Part shown: piece by piece, positions 33,191 through 48,180 of the stretch
Position numbering within the stretch: position 1 is the first letter of the stretch
How the letters are laid out: each line of letters begins with the position of its first letter
Assembly: GCF_009914755.1 (NCBI RefSeq)
Contig: NC_060937.1
Origin: the human T2T-CHM13v2.0 reference genome, Homo sapiens
Reading direction: 5' to 3' (one strand)
DNA length: 64,000 nt
Program-made: the position numbers and the translations under genes
Notes under the pieces: generated by a model
What the model saw: only the letters and a program-made list of their open reading frames with translations
Databases searched by the model: none
What the model was told of the DNA's origin: nothing

Positions 33191-33669
33191 CAAAGTCAAG
33201 GCACAAAAATACAAAAGTGCCCAGTACAGAAAACAAGCAGGTGGTTTACAAGCCACAGAACATAAAATTACTCTTAAAGACCAAAATGTGTCCATATAGA
33301 AACACTTAAAATAATGTAAAAATACAATTTTAAAATATCAAACCCTGTTTTATAACTGCCTGTGAGCTGCTCTAAGCAGGTCTATGACTTTTATCATTCC
33401 CTACGTGCATGACCTCAAACAAAAGTCTCTCAAGGTCTCGTTTTCCTCATCTGAAAACGGAGACAAATAATAATACTGTTCTATGACTTCAAAGAGCTAT
33501 GGAAAAACCAAACAAAACACACAAGTACTCCGTAACTCACGTAAAACGCTACACGCATGGTAATATCGTAGCTGGTCTGGCACCAGGAATGATGACCTCT
33601 ATTGGAGACTGTGACAAAAGCAAACCCCAACGGGAAAGAGATGTCACTGGGGATCTGCCCTGTCTTCTG

Positions 33670-34270
33670 AGTGTCCCCTCAGGGTGGAAATGCTGGGTCA
33701 CATGGTAGCTCTACGTCCCACTTTCAGGAACTGCCTTCCCATTTCCGCACAGCAGCTGCACTGTTTTTGTTCCCCTGGCGATGTGTACGAGGCTCCAGTC
33801 TCCCTGCATCCTCACTGGCGCCGCCCGTCTTTCTGATTACAGTCATCCCACTGGGTGTGGCCTGGCAGCTCTCAGAGGTTCTGATGTGCATTTCAAGTGA
33901 CTGATGCATTAGTCATTGGTGACTAAGTCACTGGTGATTAATGACCTTGAGCATCTTTTCATGCACTTACTGGTCACTTGCGTATTTTGTTTGGAAGATT
34001 TTTCAAATTCTTTAAACATTTTAAAGAATTTGAATTGGATTGTCTTTTTACTGTTGAATTGTAATAATTCTTTATATATTCTGGATATTAGGCCCTTATC
34101 AGATGTATTATTTGCTAGGTTATGGTTGTTTTTTACTTTTTTGAGAATGTCCTTTGAAGTCTAAAGTTTTTAATTTTGATGAAGTCCAATTAATTTTTTC
34201 CTTTGGTTGCTTATGCTTTTGTTGTCGTATCTGAGAAGCCACTGCCTAATCAAAGGTCGTGAAGATCACT
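33670..34270 (-). mobile_element. L1 (L1M) 3'/ORF2 fragment
   Basis: TTGAGCATCTTTTCATGCACTTA...TTAATTTTGATGAAGTCCAAT. Confidence 0.7.
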
Positions 34271-34689
34271 GCTGTGCAAAAATATACGATCAAGCGAAAT
34301 GTCAAGTATTCATTTAGGAAACACGGATTGAGCTCCTGGGGTGCAAGGAACGCTAGTGATGGAGAAGGCCCACGCCCTGACGCACTTCGCCATCAAATCG
34401 TTTGGTAAACGCAGTGAAAGAAATGTACAGTCTGCTATGAATGTTTATAAAAGGGAAATCTGATCCACCGTGAAGTCCAGCAGTGAGAGGCTTTAGAGAA
34501 GGCGGAAACCTTTAAATGAGTATAGACTGCCAGGAGTCGAGGAGAACCTTCCAGCAAAGGAAACGGCACCCATGGGAGGCCTCAGTGGGAAAGTGCCATG
34601 GCATAGGAAGGACTTTTCTACAGTCCAGCCTTGGTACGAAAGTTCTGAAGCGAGGCTGGGTAGGGAGGCCATGTTACCCCCACAGCACT

Positions 34690-35232
34690 ATACATCTTGT
34701 AGGCTTGGCTGAACAGTTGCACAACTCAAACTCTGCCTATCTTCAGCAATAGGATGCCTGAGGTCAGAGGCTCCCCTCTTGGTTAAACCAGCTAAGACCA
34801 GCAGGATGCTAAGTGGAAGTCCACCTGGCCTTTGCAGGGCCTCCAACTTCATTACAACCTCATTTGCATGCTCCGTGACACTCCCACCAGTGCCACAGCG
34901 GCTGACAATCACCATGACAATGACGGGAAGACGCCGTAAAAGGACAAAAAGATGGCAGTGCTTCAGCTCCCAGAAGTTCACCGTCCATTTCCAGAAAAGC
35001 CATGAATATTCTTCCCCTTGCTTTCAATGTCCAACCCCTTCATTCAAGAAACCCTCTATTTCAATCCCCTCACCCCTCAGGAGTAGAGAAGTTGATTTGT
35101 GAGCCACACTCCTGCTTCTTCATTCCTTGGCCTTTACATACAGCTTGCTCTGCTCAACACTTACTTTCGGTTTCATGGATGGGATCCACAACACCCAAAA
35201 GGAAAAGTTCCCATCTTTTGAGGCTACAGAGT
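34690..35232 (+). mobile_element. ERV-class solitary LTR (subfamily not assigned)
   Basis: LTR-like composition, octamer ATTTGCAT at 34862; family not confidently recognised. Confidence 0.4.
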
Positions 35233-35276
35233 TTATTGGCAACAAACACAATGAGTGAAAAGAGAAGCTGGGCTAC

Positions 35277-35798
35277 TGCTATGGTTTGGATGTGGTTTTT
35301 TGGCCACATCAAGCCTCATGTTAAAACCTGATCCCCGTTGTTGGAGGAGGAACCTAATGGGAGGTTTTTGGGTCATGGGGGTGGACCCCTCATGAATGGC
35401 TTGGTGCTGTCCTTGCCATAATGAATGAGTTCTCGCTCTGAGCTCCTGTGAGCGTTCCCAGACAGCTGGTTGTGGAAGAGCCTGGCGCCTCCCCTTCTAT
35501 CTCCTGCCTCCTCTCTTGCCATGTAGTGGGCTCCTCTTTGTCTTCCAGCATGAGTGGAAGCAGCCTGAGGCCTCACCAGAAGCAGATACGAGCACCATGC
35601 TTCTTGTGCAACCTGCAGAACTGTGAGCCAAATAAACCTCTTTTCTTACATTCCCCAGCCTCAGGTATTCCCCTCTTTTCTTACATTCCCCAGCCTCAGG
35701 TATTCCCCTCTTTTCTTACATTCCCCAGCCTCAGGTATTCCCCTTTTCTTACATTCCCCAGCCTCAGGTATTCCTTTATAGCAACACAAGAGGACTAA
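35277..35798 (+). mobile_element. MST LTR with an internal 35-bp tandem repeat (x4, 35637-35775)
   Basis: TGCTATGGTTTGGATGTGG start; TTTTCTTACATTCCCCAGCCTCAGGTATTCCCCTC repeated. Confidence 0.85.
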
Positions 35799-35929
35799 AA
35801 CAACTACTCTCTGGGAACAATAGTTTTTTGTTTATTTATATATGGATACCTTTGATAATCTTTCTTTGCTTTAAAATTTCCTAAATCTCATAAATAAATG
35901 TGATTATATAATTGGTGAAGAGATGGGAG

Positions 35930-37130
<1,201 letters not shown>

Positions 37131-37212
37131 TAAACACAGGCCAGAAAGGGTGAACGCTGCAATGAAAACACCACCAACAGCGTCTGGTGGTCGGTCCTCA
37201 AGTCCTTACTCA

Positions 37213-37317
<105 letters not shown>

Positions 37318-37344
37318 CTAATAAAATATAAGAACTTTTATTTC

Positions 37345-37712
<368 letters not shown>

Positions 37713-38039
37713 TAAGACTCAAAGTCCCGAAAGATCCTGGAGAAATCAGCTAGCATGTACTATAATATTTTTAAAAATTGAGAAGTCTGTATTACTCCAA
37801 TTCTTTCACAAACCAAATCTTTCTTCAATTATTTCAAGTTAAGTCAGTCACCAATTTTTCAAACCTGCACTGCATATGTTACTAAGCAACTAAGCTCTCT
37901 CTTCAGTCCCTGAAGTTGGCTAGTCAAAACACTTGAAATAAAAACGTTTAACAAATATTAAAGTCATCACTGAGTTTGACTTTTCCCTCGCATTTGGGAG
38001 GATGGCCTTGGTTAAAGAAGAAAGAGTCTGTTTCTGCCA

Positions 38040-39900
38040 CTTGTGTTCTCCACAAACCCGAGGCCTGCAACAGGCTTGCAGATGACCCACAGCTCAAACT
38101 ATATTCACAACAACACTAAGCCATTATGGTCTTTTTTTACTGTATTAACGTTTGCACTGATGGTGCAAAAACAGCAATAGGTAAAATGCTGGAGTGCTCC
38201 CACCGGCACCAAACTACGCAAGTAATCACCACGTTCTTAAACACCAGACACTCTGCAATCAATCAGTCAATCAACAAACCAGTAAAATTAGTTTCCTTTA
38301 AAAAATGTCCTCGATGAGCCAAGCACAGTGGTTCACACCTGTAATCCCAGCACTTTCGGGAGGCTGAGGTGGGAGAATCACTTGAGCCCAGGAGTTTGAG
38401 ACCAGCCTGGGCAATATGGCAAGACTCTGTCTTAATTAAAAAATTTTAAATTAGCCCGGTATCATGGCGTAGACCTGTAGTCCCAGCTACTCAGGAGGCT
38501 GAGGTGGGAGGCTTCAGCCCAGGAACTCAAGGCTGCAGTGAGCTATGACTGCACCATTGCACTTCAGCTTGGGTGACAGAGCAAGACCATCTCTAAATAA
38601 ATAAATAAAATGTCCTTGATAATGCAGTAAATATGAATTTTTTTAAATCTTGGTCCTTGAGCACACGTTTTTTATATTCTTTGTGATGAAATGAGAAGCA
38701 TACAGCACTTCTGTTGCACACGGGTGTCTCATGGCTGTTTACAGAAAAGCTCTGGGCAGCTGTCTGAGCTGTGAGCTGAACTAGCTGCTTCTTGCAGAAC
38801 AGAAAACTGACAGGCAGACACAGCTACCCAGGCTTGGGCATCTGGCTGACCATATTCTCCAAAACGAATAGAACAAATCTGTCACTTCCAGGCAAACAAC
38901 TGATGGTACTCGTTGCCAATGACAACATTTGTGCTTTCAAGAAAAACCAGAATTCTGGAAAACTTTTATGAACTACTGTGAGCTTAGCAGCTTTTCCTTA
39001 CTCCAAGGCTTTTCTGATGACGCCCCTGGAGATGTTAAGGAAGGTAGGGGTTTGGGGGTTGGGTTTTTAACAGTGGTATATCAGCACTTGGGAGGTGCTG
39101 CATGGCTCAGTAAGCTAATATACTCCAAATGGTCTGCTATGGTCTGAATGCTTGTGTCCCCTCCAAAACTCATGCTGAAATCCTAACCCTCAAAGTGACG
39201 GTGTTTGGAAGAGAGGCCTTTGGAAGGTGATGAGGTCATGAAGGTGAAGCTGTCATGAATGGGAAAGAGAGATCCCTTGCCCCATCTACCATGTGCAGAC
39301 ACAGCAAGATGCTATGAGCCAGGAAGCGGCCCTCTTCATCAGAAACTCAACTTGATCTGGACCTCCCTGCCTGACTTGATCTGGACCTCCCTGACTTGAT
39401 CTGGACCTCCCTGCCTCCAGAACTATGAGACATAAATGCTTGTTGGTTACAAGCCAACCCAGTTTATAGTATTTTCTTATAGCAGCCCAAATGGACTAAG
39501 ACATGACTAACACAAGATATTACGAAATCCATTCAGTGCTTTAGGCAGACCAGTGGATTTCAGTGTAAAGGTAGAAAAAGTTTATTGGTACACTTCAGAA
39601 GCCACATTGTAACTAACCTTTTTAAAAAAAAAAAACTGCCTCTTGGAGTTTTCCTATATAGAGTCAAAGAATTATCTCAATGGTCTGGAAAGCCTATGAG
39701 AATATTCCTCTCTTTTCCATCTACAACTTTGTGATGTAGCCTTTCACCATCAGGCAGAGAAACACTTTACTCAAAACAGTGTACTGCAACAGAGTAAGTG
39801 CAGAAGCAGGCAAGGGGACCAGATTGCCTCTGCTGAACTAGACATCAAAGAGGTCAAAAGTGATGTGACACTACTTTTCTTAGTATTTTGTTTTGGAAAT
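38040..39900. mobile_element. Charlie1-like hAT transposon remnant with nested AluJ (38318-38608) and MLT1 LTR (39135-39500)
   Basis: TTTGCACTGATGGTGCAAAA, GCTGTGAGCTGAACTAGCTGCTT, TTGCCAATGACAACATTTGTGCTTTCAAG resemble Charlie1. Confidence 0.6.
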
Positions 39901-41416
39901 ATAGTTATTTTTTATTTAAAAAGTCAGTTATGTTACATGTAAAAGGTTTATTATTGTTGCTTTAAAATGAATATTTTAAAATCTTTTCTAATTAAAATTT
40001 CTAATACAGTAAATATAAATAGATATAACAAAAATAAAAGCTTTCTGAGGTCTTCAGTATACTTTTCAGTTCTAAAATTTCCATTTGGTTCTTCTTTATA
40101 TCGCCTATTTCCTTGTTGAGACTTTAAATGTTTTCATTTGTTTCAAGCATGTTCTAAATTGCTTGCTGAATCAAGAGGGCTGTTTAAAACTCTTGTCACA
40201 TAATTCCAACATTTGTACAATCTCAGCCTTGGTGTCTTCTGCTGAATGTTTTTTCTCATTTGAAATCTCTGAAAGTTGAGATTTTCCTGGTAATCAGTGT
40301 CGATTAGATCCCGGACATTTGAGGCACTACCTGACGAGACTATGGACTTTATTTATCTTGTTTAGCAGGCCTCACCATGCAAGCAGAGAAACAGGTGCAT
40401 CCCCTTAGCCACTGAGTCGGGGAGGTCTAGGTCCCCTGCTTAGCCTCTGACATCCACCTGGTGGGGAGGGGGACTAGCTCCTCATTACTGCTAGCCCAGG
40501 GTGGAGGTCCTGGGCCACCCCCAGTCCGCACCACTTTGCAGATGGGGTGGGACGGACCTGCTGACTTCTTTGCGCCTGGCACTGGAGTGAGGCAGTGACG
40601 GTCAGAGTTCTGTCTTGCTGGATTGGACTGTCTTCCCAGCCTCCTGGTTTCCTTGGGGCTTTTTGTCTCTGCCTGATGGTGAAAGGCTTCAGGTTTCTAA
40701 CGCGCCCAGTCCAGGACAGACAGGAGACAAAAAGGAAACCTGGAGACTCCCTACACGTGACTCTGAGCCCCATCCCCCTCTTCTCTCCACCTCCCATAGC
40801 CATGCCGGCCTGACAACTCCCAGGGTTTTAACTGTTTCTAGCAGGCACAATAGGGTGAAATCCATTGCATCCTGACTGGAACTGAAGTCAACAATCATTT
40901 CTAAAACTGTAAAGGGGTCGTCCTAAAACCAAAAGGTTGACAAATGCTGCTCCATAATGGGGACTTCCGTGGGTCCCCATGGGGACGTCGCCTCCATAAA
41001 ACCCAGGATCTCCCTTCACCCCAGGGAAGCCCCCTCCTACTGCCCAAATCTATATGAAGCTGAATTCTTTTTGGTGGGGGAGCAGGCCACATCTTAAAGG
41101 TAGAAGAGATGCAGAATAAGCTCATTTGTTGTTGTTCCACTCACTTCATAAAAATAACACATACCATAAATGGTTAACCACAAAATGGAACCTCTCCCTC
41201 TATATGAACAGTGTGGAAATCTGAGCAAATGTTTATATAAATCTGTTGGTGTTAACCCAGAAAGAATAGTCAATATCTTTCTTTTGCTCCCTATACCAGA
41301 CACATCTCAACTCCAATTTGCTCCTCAAAACTTCTGGGAAGAATGACATGAAATTAAACAACAGATAGTCACCAAGTTTTAGTTTTAAAATAATAATGAC
41401 AGCAAATTAAACTTAC

Positions 41417-41471
41417 ATTATTGGCAAACACTCGAAGGTCAAGCGCTACTGCATACATGACAGGCAGAGCC
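41417..41471 (-). CDS. PCID2: PCID2 exon 6
   Basis: ALPVMYAVALDLRVFANN. Confidence 0.95.
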
Positions 41472-41934
41472 CTGCAGGGCAAAAAAGTAAACAAGTGTGA
41501 GGGGCTACGTGGGCCAAGATTCCATCCCCAGAGGTGGGAAGAACACGGACACCCAGGGCTACTATCCAGAATGGAGTCCGCACTTATCCAAAACTCTGAC
41601 AGTTGTCTGCTTCCTCACCTTCTGTCCAGGCAGGCTGCAGGCCTCAGACTTCCTGATCATCCTGGGGCCCCACAATGCGGTGCTCCACACCCCTGTCCCC
41701 AACCCTGTCAGAGACCTCAGCCCTGCTTCAGTTCTGGGCTCCCAGGATATCCTCCTCCCCTCAGCTTCCCACCAGTATCCAAACAGCACCACTAAAAAAG
41801 AAGTGGTTTGATCAGATTTCCTAACAGGAACCAGAATATGTAATACACAAAATGTCACAAAACAACTTTTACAGCCAACTGGCAAAACTGGACTGTTTTC
41901 ATGTGCAAGTTTTCACGTTAAAAGATAAAAGGGT

Positions 41935-42025
41935 GGCGGGAGGCAGAGGCTGCAGTGAGCCAATACTGCGCCACTGCACTCCAGCCTCGGCGACTGAGCA
42001 AGACTCCTTCTCAAAAAAAAAAAAA
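41935..42025 (+). mobile_element. 5'-truncated Alu with TSD AAAAGATAAAAGGG(T/C)GG
   Basis: Only the last about 75 nt of the right arm plus A tail, flanked by a duplication. Confidence 0.8.
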
Positions 42026-42526
42026 GATAAAAGGGCGGGTTTGTTTGCAAAAGGCCTTTGGTTATTTCAGTATAAACAAATTTCAGTATTAACCTATAGT
42101 TTGTTAATAAATCATAAAATTTAGTTTGGCAAGGCATTTAAAAATACCACCATTATTATGTATTAGAACACCCCAAATGAACTGTAGTTGGTCTACCTCT
42201 TTTATCTAAGGTTTAAAACCAAAAGTTCAAAATTGACAACTGAAGGAAAAAACAGTATTTAATAAATATCTAGGGAAATGGACATCTGAAATAAAAATAA
42301 TACTATATTGACATAGACACACTGCAAACAATGTGGCTGATCTACCATTTCAGTTTACTAGATTTGTGACTCCACTCATCTGTGTAGATATTACCATATG
42401 TCAACACACTGATTACCAAATATCCACATGGAAAATACAATACACATTTATTTAAAGCAAATTTGTAAAAAGATTCTGCTAAAAAAATTGCCATTTGCTA
42501 ATTCAGCTGTTTCTGTTCACACTTAC

Positions 42527-42568
42527 CAGTTTTCTTCTTTGTGGGCCTGGAATGCTCGCAAGAATGAT
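42527..42568 (-). CDS. PCID2: PCID2 exon 5
   Basis: SFLRAFQAHKEEN; preceded by an AC acceptor, followed by |gtaagt. Confidence 0.93.
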
Positions 42569-43523
42569 GTACTGTATTAAGGAAGATATGGCATACAAAG
42601 TTCAAATAATGCTACGTACGATAAAAGTAAAGAATAAGAATCTAAATTTTAAGGAATGTAGATCACCCTTGAGCAGATTTATGTTGCAACAATAGTAAGT
42701 TCTTGAAGGAAAAAAGGTATAAGCTCACATTACAAATATCTGTATCTCATTAGGCTCAAGTATACTAAATACACTTATTTCATACACACTGTCTCCTAAA
42801 TAAAAAAGACTTACAAGATTTTTTAAAATCAGCCCTTTCTGACATTTTATTTGGTTTCTCTGAGCCCAGATGATCATGAGTTATATTTAAGTGCTTTAGA
42901 ATCTGTAGCATAAGGCTGATTTTATCAACTCTAGAATTCTTGAATTCTAAGGAGGCTGTGAGCAAATAGCCCAACTCTCTTCTGTGTATATTTAAACAAG
43001 GTGGTTAAAACGAAAAGACAAAATCTAGAGATACATACAAATCCTTAGCACACTCACTGACTCAGGCCGTAACTAAAGATACCCTTTAAATGACTGAAGT
43101 ATGAATTGGTTTGATTTAAGGTCTTCAGCTGCCACAATTCAATGCCGATGTACATCTGAGGCCACTCTTGTCCATCTCTGCCTGAATTCTGGATTTCTGG
43201 TATTTCACCAACAGGACTTAACCAGTCCCTGTAAATATACTTACTACCTTACTAAAGGCAACAAAGCATTCTTCTTCTCAGCAGAGTAAGATCCTTCTTC
43301 CTAACCAGTGTTCTTCCTTACTAAGTACTGCACGAGTCTTCAGATCCATGCTAAATTTAAGTACCCAAGTGAAAGAGCTGAAACGAGCTTCTGTTCCAAA
43401 ACACTGTCATTCCTTTCTAACTGCAGAAATGAGCAACTGGCCCAGTGTTTCCGGGTCTCAAGTCCCAAGTAATCCACTGCATGTGTTCTATGCGGGACAG
43501 CTGCCATGAACGACAAAGGATAT
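42569..43523 (-). other. PCID2: U12-type AT-AC intron (PCID2 intron 4)
   Basis: 5'ss ATATCCTTT, branch point TTCCTTAAT (42584-42576), 3' end tac|; required to keep the frame. Confidence 0.93.
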
Positions 43524-43589
43524 TGGACTATCACGGTCTGGCACTTGTATGCCTCTATGAAGTCATGATTCCCCACTGCATAAGTGCAC
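43524..43589 (-). CDS. PCID2: PCID2 exon 4
   Basis: [21 protein letters not shown]. Confidence 0.95.
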
Positions 43590-44536
43590 CTGGAGGAGAA
43601 ACAGAAACATGCTGTCACACAATAAAAACCTAGCACTAGTTATGCAGCCCACACAGCTCACTTCATTGCACAGGTCCCAGTGGTCCTGGGATGAAAGGAG
43701 TGAAGGAAGAAACACACAAATGGCTGAACACAAACAGGTGAGGATAAGAGGAAGTCCCACAGTAAGCTTGGAGACTACTCTTTCAAGTCCCAGAAGGACC
43801 TAGCACCAGCAGGTTTATGAGTAACACATGTTGATAACATAGTATGACCCTTCCACTCTAGCAGGGGCTGACAATGACATTCAAACTAGATTCCCAGCTG
43901 GGTAATGTCAGTGTTAGTTCATCGCCAAATCTGGAACCTATCGCACACTGCACAGAGCTAGGAAATCACAGGTGCTTTGTACTACAAGGAACACGGTGGT
44001 GCCCCAACTCTTCCAAAGACCCTGTGGGGTTCACAGAACATTCCTGCTCACAGACCCCACACTGGTCCTGTAGCCCAGGCTGCTCTGAAAGACAGTAATC
44101 AAATCTCACATGGCTATAAGGACACAATCTTCTGCCTGAACTGATCCTTTAGAGATAAAACAGTAGATATGAAGTGTACATAAAAAGTAGCATTGTTTGC
44201 TTTGCTCAACTCTAATTTCTTTCCCAGTAACGTAAAGAGCTTCAAAAACAGACATATTTCCACGAAAAGGGTAAGTGAACAGTTCGGCTCCAAACTCTAC
44301 TAAAAAGACCACTGAGCAGGCACTCTGCTAAATACTGTGTGATGTTAAAAATAGTATTATATAACTGATGTTTACAATTTCCACAGGCTTTACCAAACTG
44401 AAGTTACAAATGCATTTTCCCACTTTTTCAAAGTCAGTTATTCACTGCTTCAAGCATAAGATAATGCAAGATAAAATCCCCAGTTAATTCAGCAATTTCC
44501 AGATGTGTGTGTTTTTCTTCCTCCCCAACAGATTAC

Positions 44537-44610
44537 CTTAAATGAGCTGCAAACATTTCATCATAAGGGGGTTCCAAGACTTGTTGACACTTCTCCTCTG
44601 GAGAGGCCAT
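44537..44610 (-). CDS. PCID2: PCID2 exon 3
   Basis: MASPEEKCQQVLEPPYDEMFAAHL. Confidence 0.95.
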
Positions 44611-44716
44611 CTGATTTTAAAAAAGAAAAATAGCAAAAGTAAAATTAATAGGCACAGAAAGAATGCAACATATAGAAAGAGATTTAAACCTCTGTTTCAA
44701 GAGAATTTATGCTTTA

Positions 44717-45083
<367 letters not shown>

Positions 45084-45422
45084 TCAACAAATATTTATCA
45101 ATATTTCAGGGGAAAAAGAAGCCCATGAATATAATTTGGTCTCGCCTTCTGCAAGTCAGAAAATATTCTAGGCACTTTCACATACATTTCAGTATATTAG
45201 TATTCTTGACCAGTCAGTCAAGAAATACTTGTTAAGTAACTGTCATAGGTTTAGTAAGTGAGGTCTAATGAGTTACAGATGGTGCTATGTTAGGACTCGT
45301 TCTTCTCGGCTTCCTGCTGAGACCACCAGTCTCATCTCCTGGGCTAGTCTAGCTGACATTTCTTTCTAAGTTTTCCTTTCCTCCTAACAGTCAAATTTTA
45401 GATAATCTGAACATCTCAACAG

Positions 45423-45745
45423 GTGATGGTTAATTTTGCCAACTTGACTAGCTGTGGAGTCCCCAGACAATGTTATTTCTGGGAGTGTCTGTGAGGGTGT
45501 TTCTGGATGAGACTGGCAGTTGCACTAGTAGACTCAGGAAAGTAGATGGCCCTCCTCAGTGTGGACGGGCAATGGCCAATCTGATGAGGGCTTGAATAGA
45601 ACAAGAGGTCGAGGAAGAAAGAATTCACTCCTTGTGTGGGATTTCTTGACCTCTACAATCACAGGACCCAGTTCCTCATACTAAATCTCTATAAATATTG
45701 ATATATCCCACTGGCTCTGTTTCTCTGGAGAACCCAGACTAACAC
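45423..45745 (+). mobile_element. MLT2 LTR
   Basis: GTGATGGTTAATTTT...TCTGTTTCTCTGGAGAACCCAGACTAACACA. Confidence 0.75.
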
Positions 45746-46772
45746 ACAATGGATTATAAGCACACTGCGTTTTTTTGTTTTGTTTGGTTTTGTTTACAAA
45801 AGCAATGAGCCCATGCTGATATGGTGAGAGAGAAGAATGACAGTATCAGAAAAATCACCATTCTACAGTCCCTGGTGAATGAAACCACCGAAAGAAAGTT
45901 TACTGGGGAATTTTACAATGAAGGGATCTGTCTCAGATTGCAAACAGGACAGTGTGTGTCCTCTCATGTCATACAATACAAAGCACAGGGCACCAGCCAT
46001 GGGGTGTTCTGGCCAAGGCAAGCCTGAGTCTCATCGAGTCTCTAGCACTAACTCCTACTTAGAGCAATGGTTTTCAACACTGTCTACACATAGAATCACC
46101 TAGGTAACTTTATTAGAAAAACAAAAACAGGCCTGCTGCTACTTCAGAGACTGATTTACCTGGTCTGAGTTGCAAGTCTGTACACCGCCAAACATAATCA
46201 CCAATAGATAAGCCCATTTTTCTTCCAAAAGAAAAATGCTGCTTCCAGTAGGAACACACTCCAATATGATAAAGGGTGTCAATGAGGAAACAGGGCTTTA
46301 CCAAATGTCCACAAGATTTTCTATAGAAAATACTGCCTCAACATCATCTACGCCACAGATGACATGGAAACTCCATGTACAACCCCAGGCTGGGCCTTGG
46401 CTTGCCAGCCTTTCTGACTAACAACTTAAATGGGAGACACCTGTGGTACATGACGTCTATGGGGCTTTGGGGACGCACAGGCCTAGACAGAATCTAAGCT
46501 CCACCGCCTCTCCACCATCTAACTTCTCTAAACCTCAGAGAGCTGTCTAGGAATCAAACACAAGGGCAGGAGGTCCACATCACCACAGTGTGCGTACATA
46601 GTCAGTGCTCCACAAATGGATTGAAATTACACAAATCATAAAGAAACTTTAAAATTTTCAAATAAGAGTGACAATATTAGTTTTCTTCTTACTCAAACTC
46701 TACGCTTCTCTTAGGAAAGTGGTTACCCTGTAATTGTCTGCAGACATCTGTGTGCACAGCTCTTTCACCTAC

Positions 46773-46862
46773 TTGAAGTCGTGGGTTTGCAACATGAGGA
46801 TGTTTAAAAGACACCAACTCTGCACAAGATGCTCCATCTCTGCTGTCGATGGCTTCGTACAC
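46773..46862 (-). CDS. PCID2: PCID2 exon 2
   Basis: [30 protein letters not shown]. Confidence 0.96.
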
Positions 46863-47042
46863 CTGAAACATTTGAAAGGGAAACCTAAGTAGAAAATAAA
46901 ATATTCTGTTCGAATAGAACCTACAACAATACACTGAATGCCACACAGGGGAAAATTCATTTTCCCCTACTTTGAAAGAAGACAGAACAATCAAAATGTA
47001 ACAGATGGTCACTACTCTCTGCAGTGGGTAAACAATAATTTC

Positions 47043-47119
47043 TTTTTTTTTTTTTTTTTTTTTGAGACGGAGTCTCGCTCTGTCGCCCAGGTCGGACTGC
47101 GGACTGCAGTGGCGCAATC
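47043..47119 (-). mobile_element. 5'-truncated AluYb8/Yb9 with perfect 15-bp TSD
   Basis: Yb-diagnostic duplication GCAGTCCGCAGTCCG on -; TSD GTAAACAATAATTTC at 47028-47042 and 47120-47134. Confidence 0.9.
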
Positions 47120-47154
47120 GTAAACAATAATTTCATTTCAAAATAGGTTGTTCC

Positions 47155-47285
47155 TGGCTGGCTCAGGCCTGTAATCCCAGCACTTTGTGAGGCTGAGGAA
47201 GGACTGCTTGAGCCAGGAGTTCGAGACCATCCTGGACAACATAGCAAGACCCGTCTCTTTAAAACAGACCAAAAAAACAAAAACA
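47155..47285 (+). mobile_element. FLAM / Alu monomer
   Basis: Single Alu arm plus A-rich tail. Confidence 0.75.
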
Positions 47286-47875
47286 GATGTTCCTGAAGCA
47301 AAAAAACAGGTTAAGCAAATAAAAATAAGTCAGTGGTTTATCATGTAGCTCTTCATGAAGATGAATTATTCTAATTTTACTCAATCACACTAATATATGT
47401 TTGAAAATCCAAATATACAGCTTATGAAAAAGAAATCAGTTTAAAAACCACATATATCCAAAATTCAAAAAGCTTCCACTCAACCTTAATATAAAATAAA
47501 AGGAAAATGGAAATAGCTAAATAGATGTCACATTCATACAATGCGATACTCGGCTGCTGTTAAAAAGAATAAAATAGATCTGTATGTAGTAACATGAGAA
47601 AATGTCCACAATATGATGATTAAATGAAAAAAAAAGTTAACTGCAGGAAAACTGTATAACTTGATTTGGGAGAAAAAAGAAGAGAAAAATTACGTACAAC
47701 ATGCAGGCACAGGAAAGAATGCAGGGCCTGTACCATACCACACCAGCTGACTGCGCAGAACGTCGGGTGGAGACTAGGAGACCCGGGAGCCTTTTGCCCT
47801 ATCTAGCGCCTGCCACAACAGACATTTTATAACTAGAAAACCAAATATGCTTTTAAATTATATTTACAAAAAAAT

Positions 47876-48180
47876 TGCCGGTCACGGTGGCTCACGCCTG
47901 TAATCCCAGCACTTTGGGAGGCCGAGGCGGGCAGATCATGAGGTCAGAAGATCGAGACCCTCCTGGCTAACGCAATGAAACCCCATCTGTACTAAAAATA
48001 CAAAAAAATTAGCCGGGTGTGGTGGTGGGCATCTGTAGTCCCAGGTACTCGGGAGGCTGAGGGAGGAGAATGGCGCGAACCCAGGAGGCGGAGCTTGCAT
48101 GCAGTGAGCAGAAATCGCGCCACTGCACTCCAGCCTGGGCGACAGAGCAAGACTCCGTCTCAAAAAAAAAAAAAAAAAAA
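47876..48180 (+). mobile_element. AluY
   Basis: GATCGAGACC, GGAGAATGGCGCGAACCC, GGAGCTTGCA diagnostics. Confidence 0.88.
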
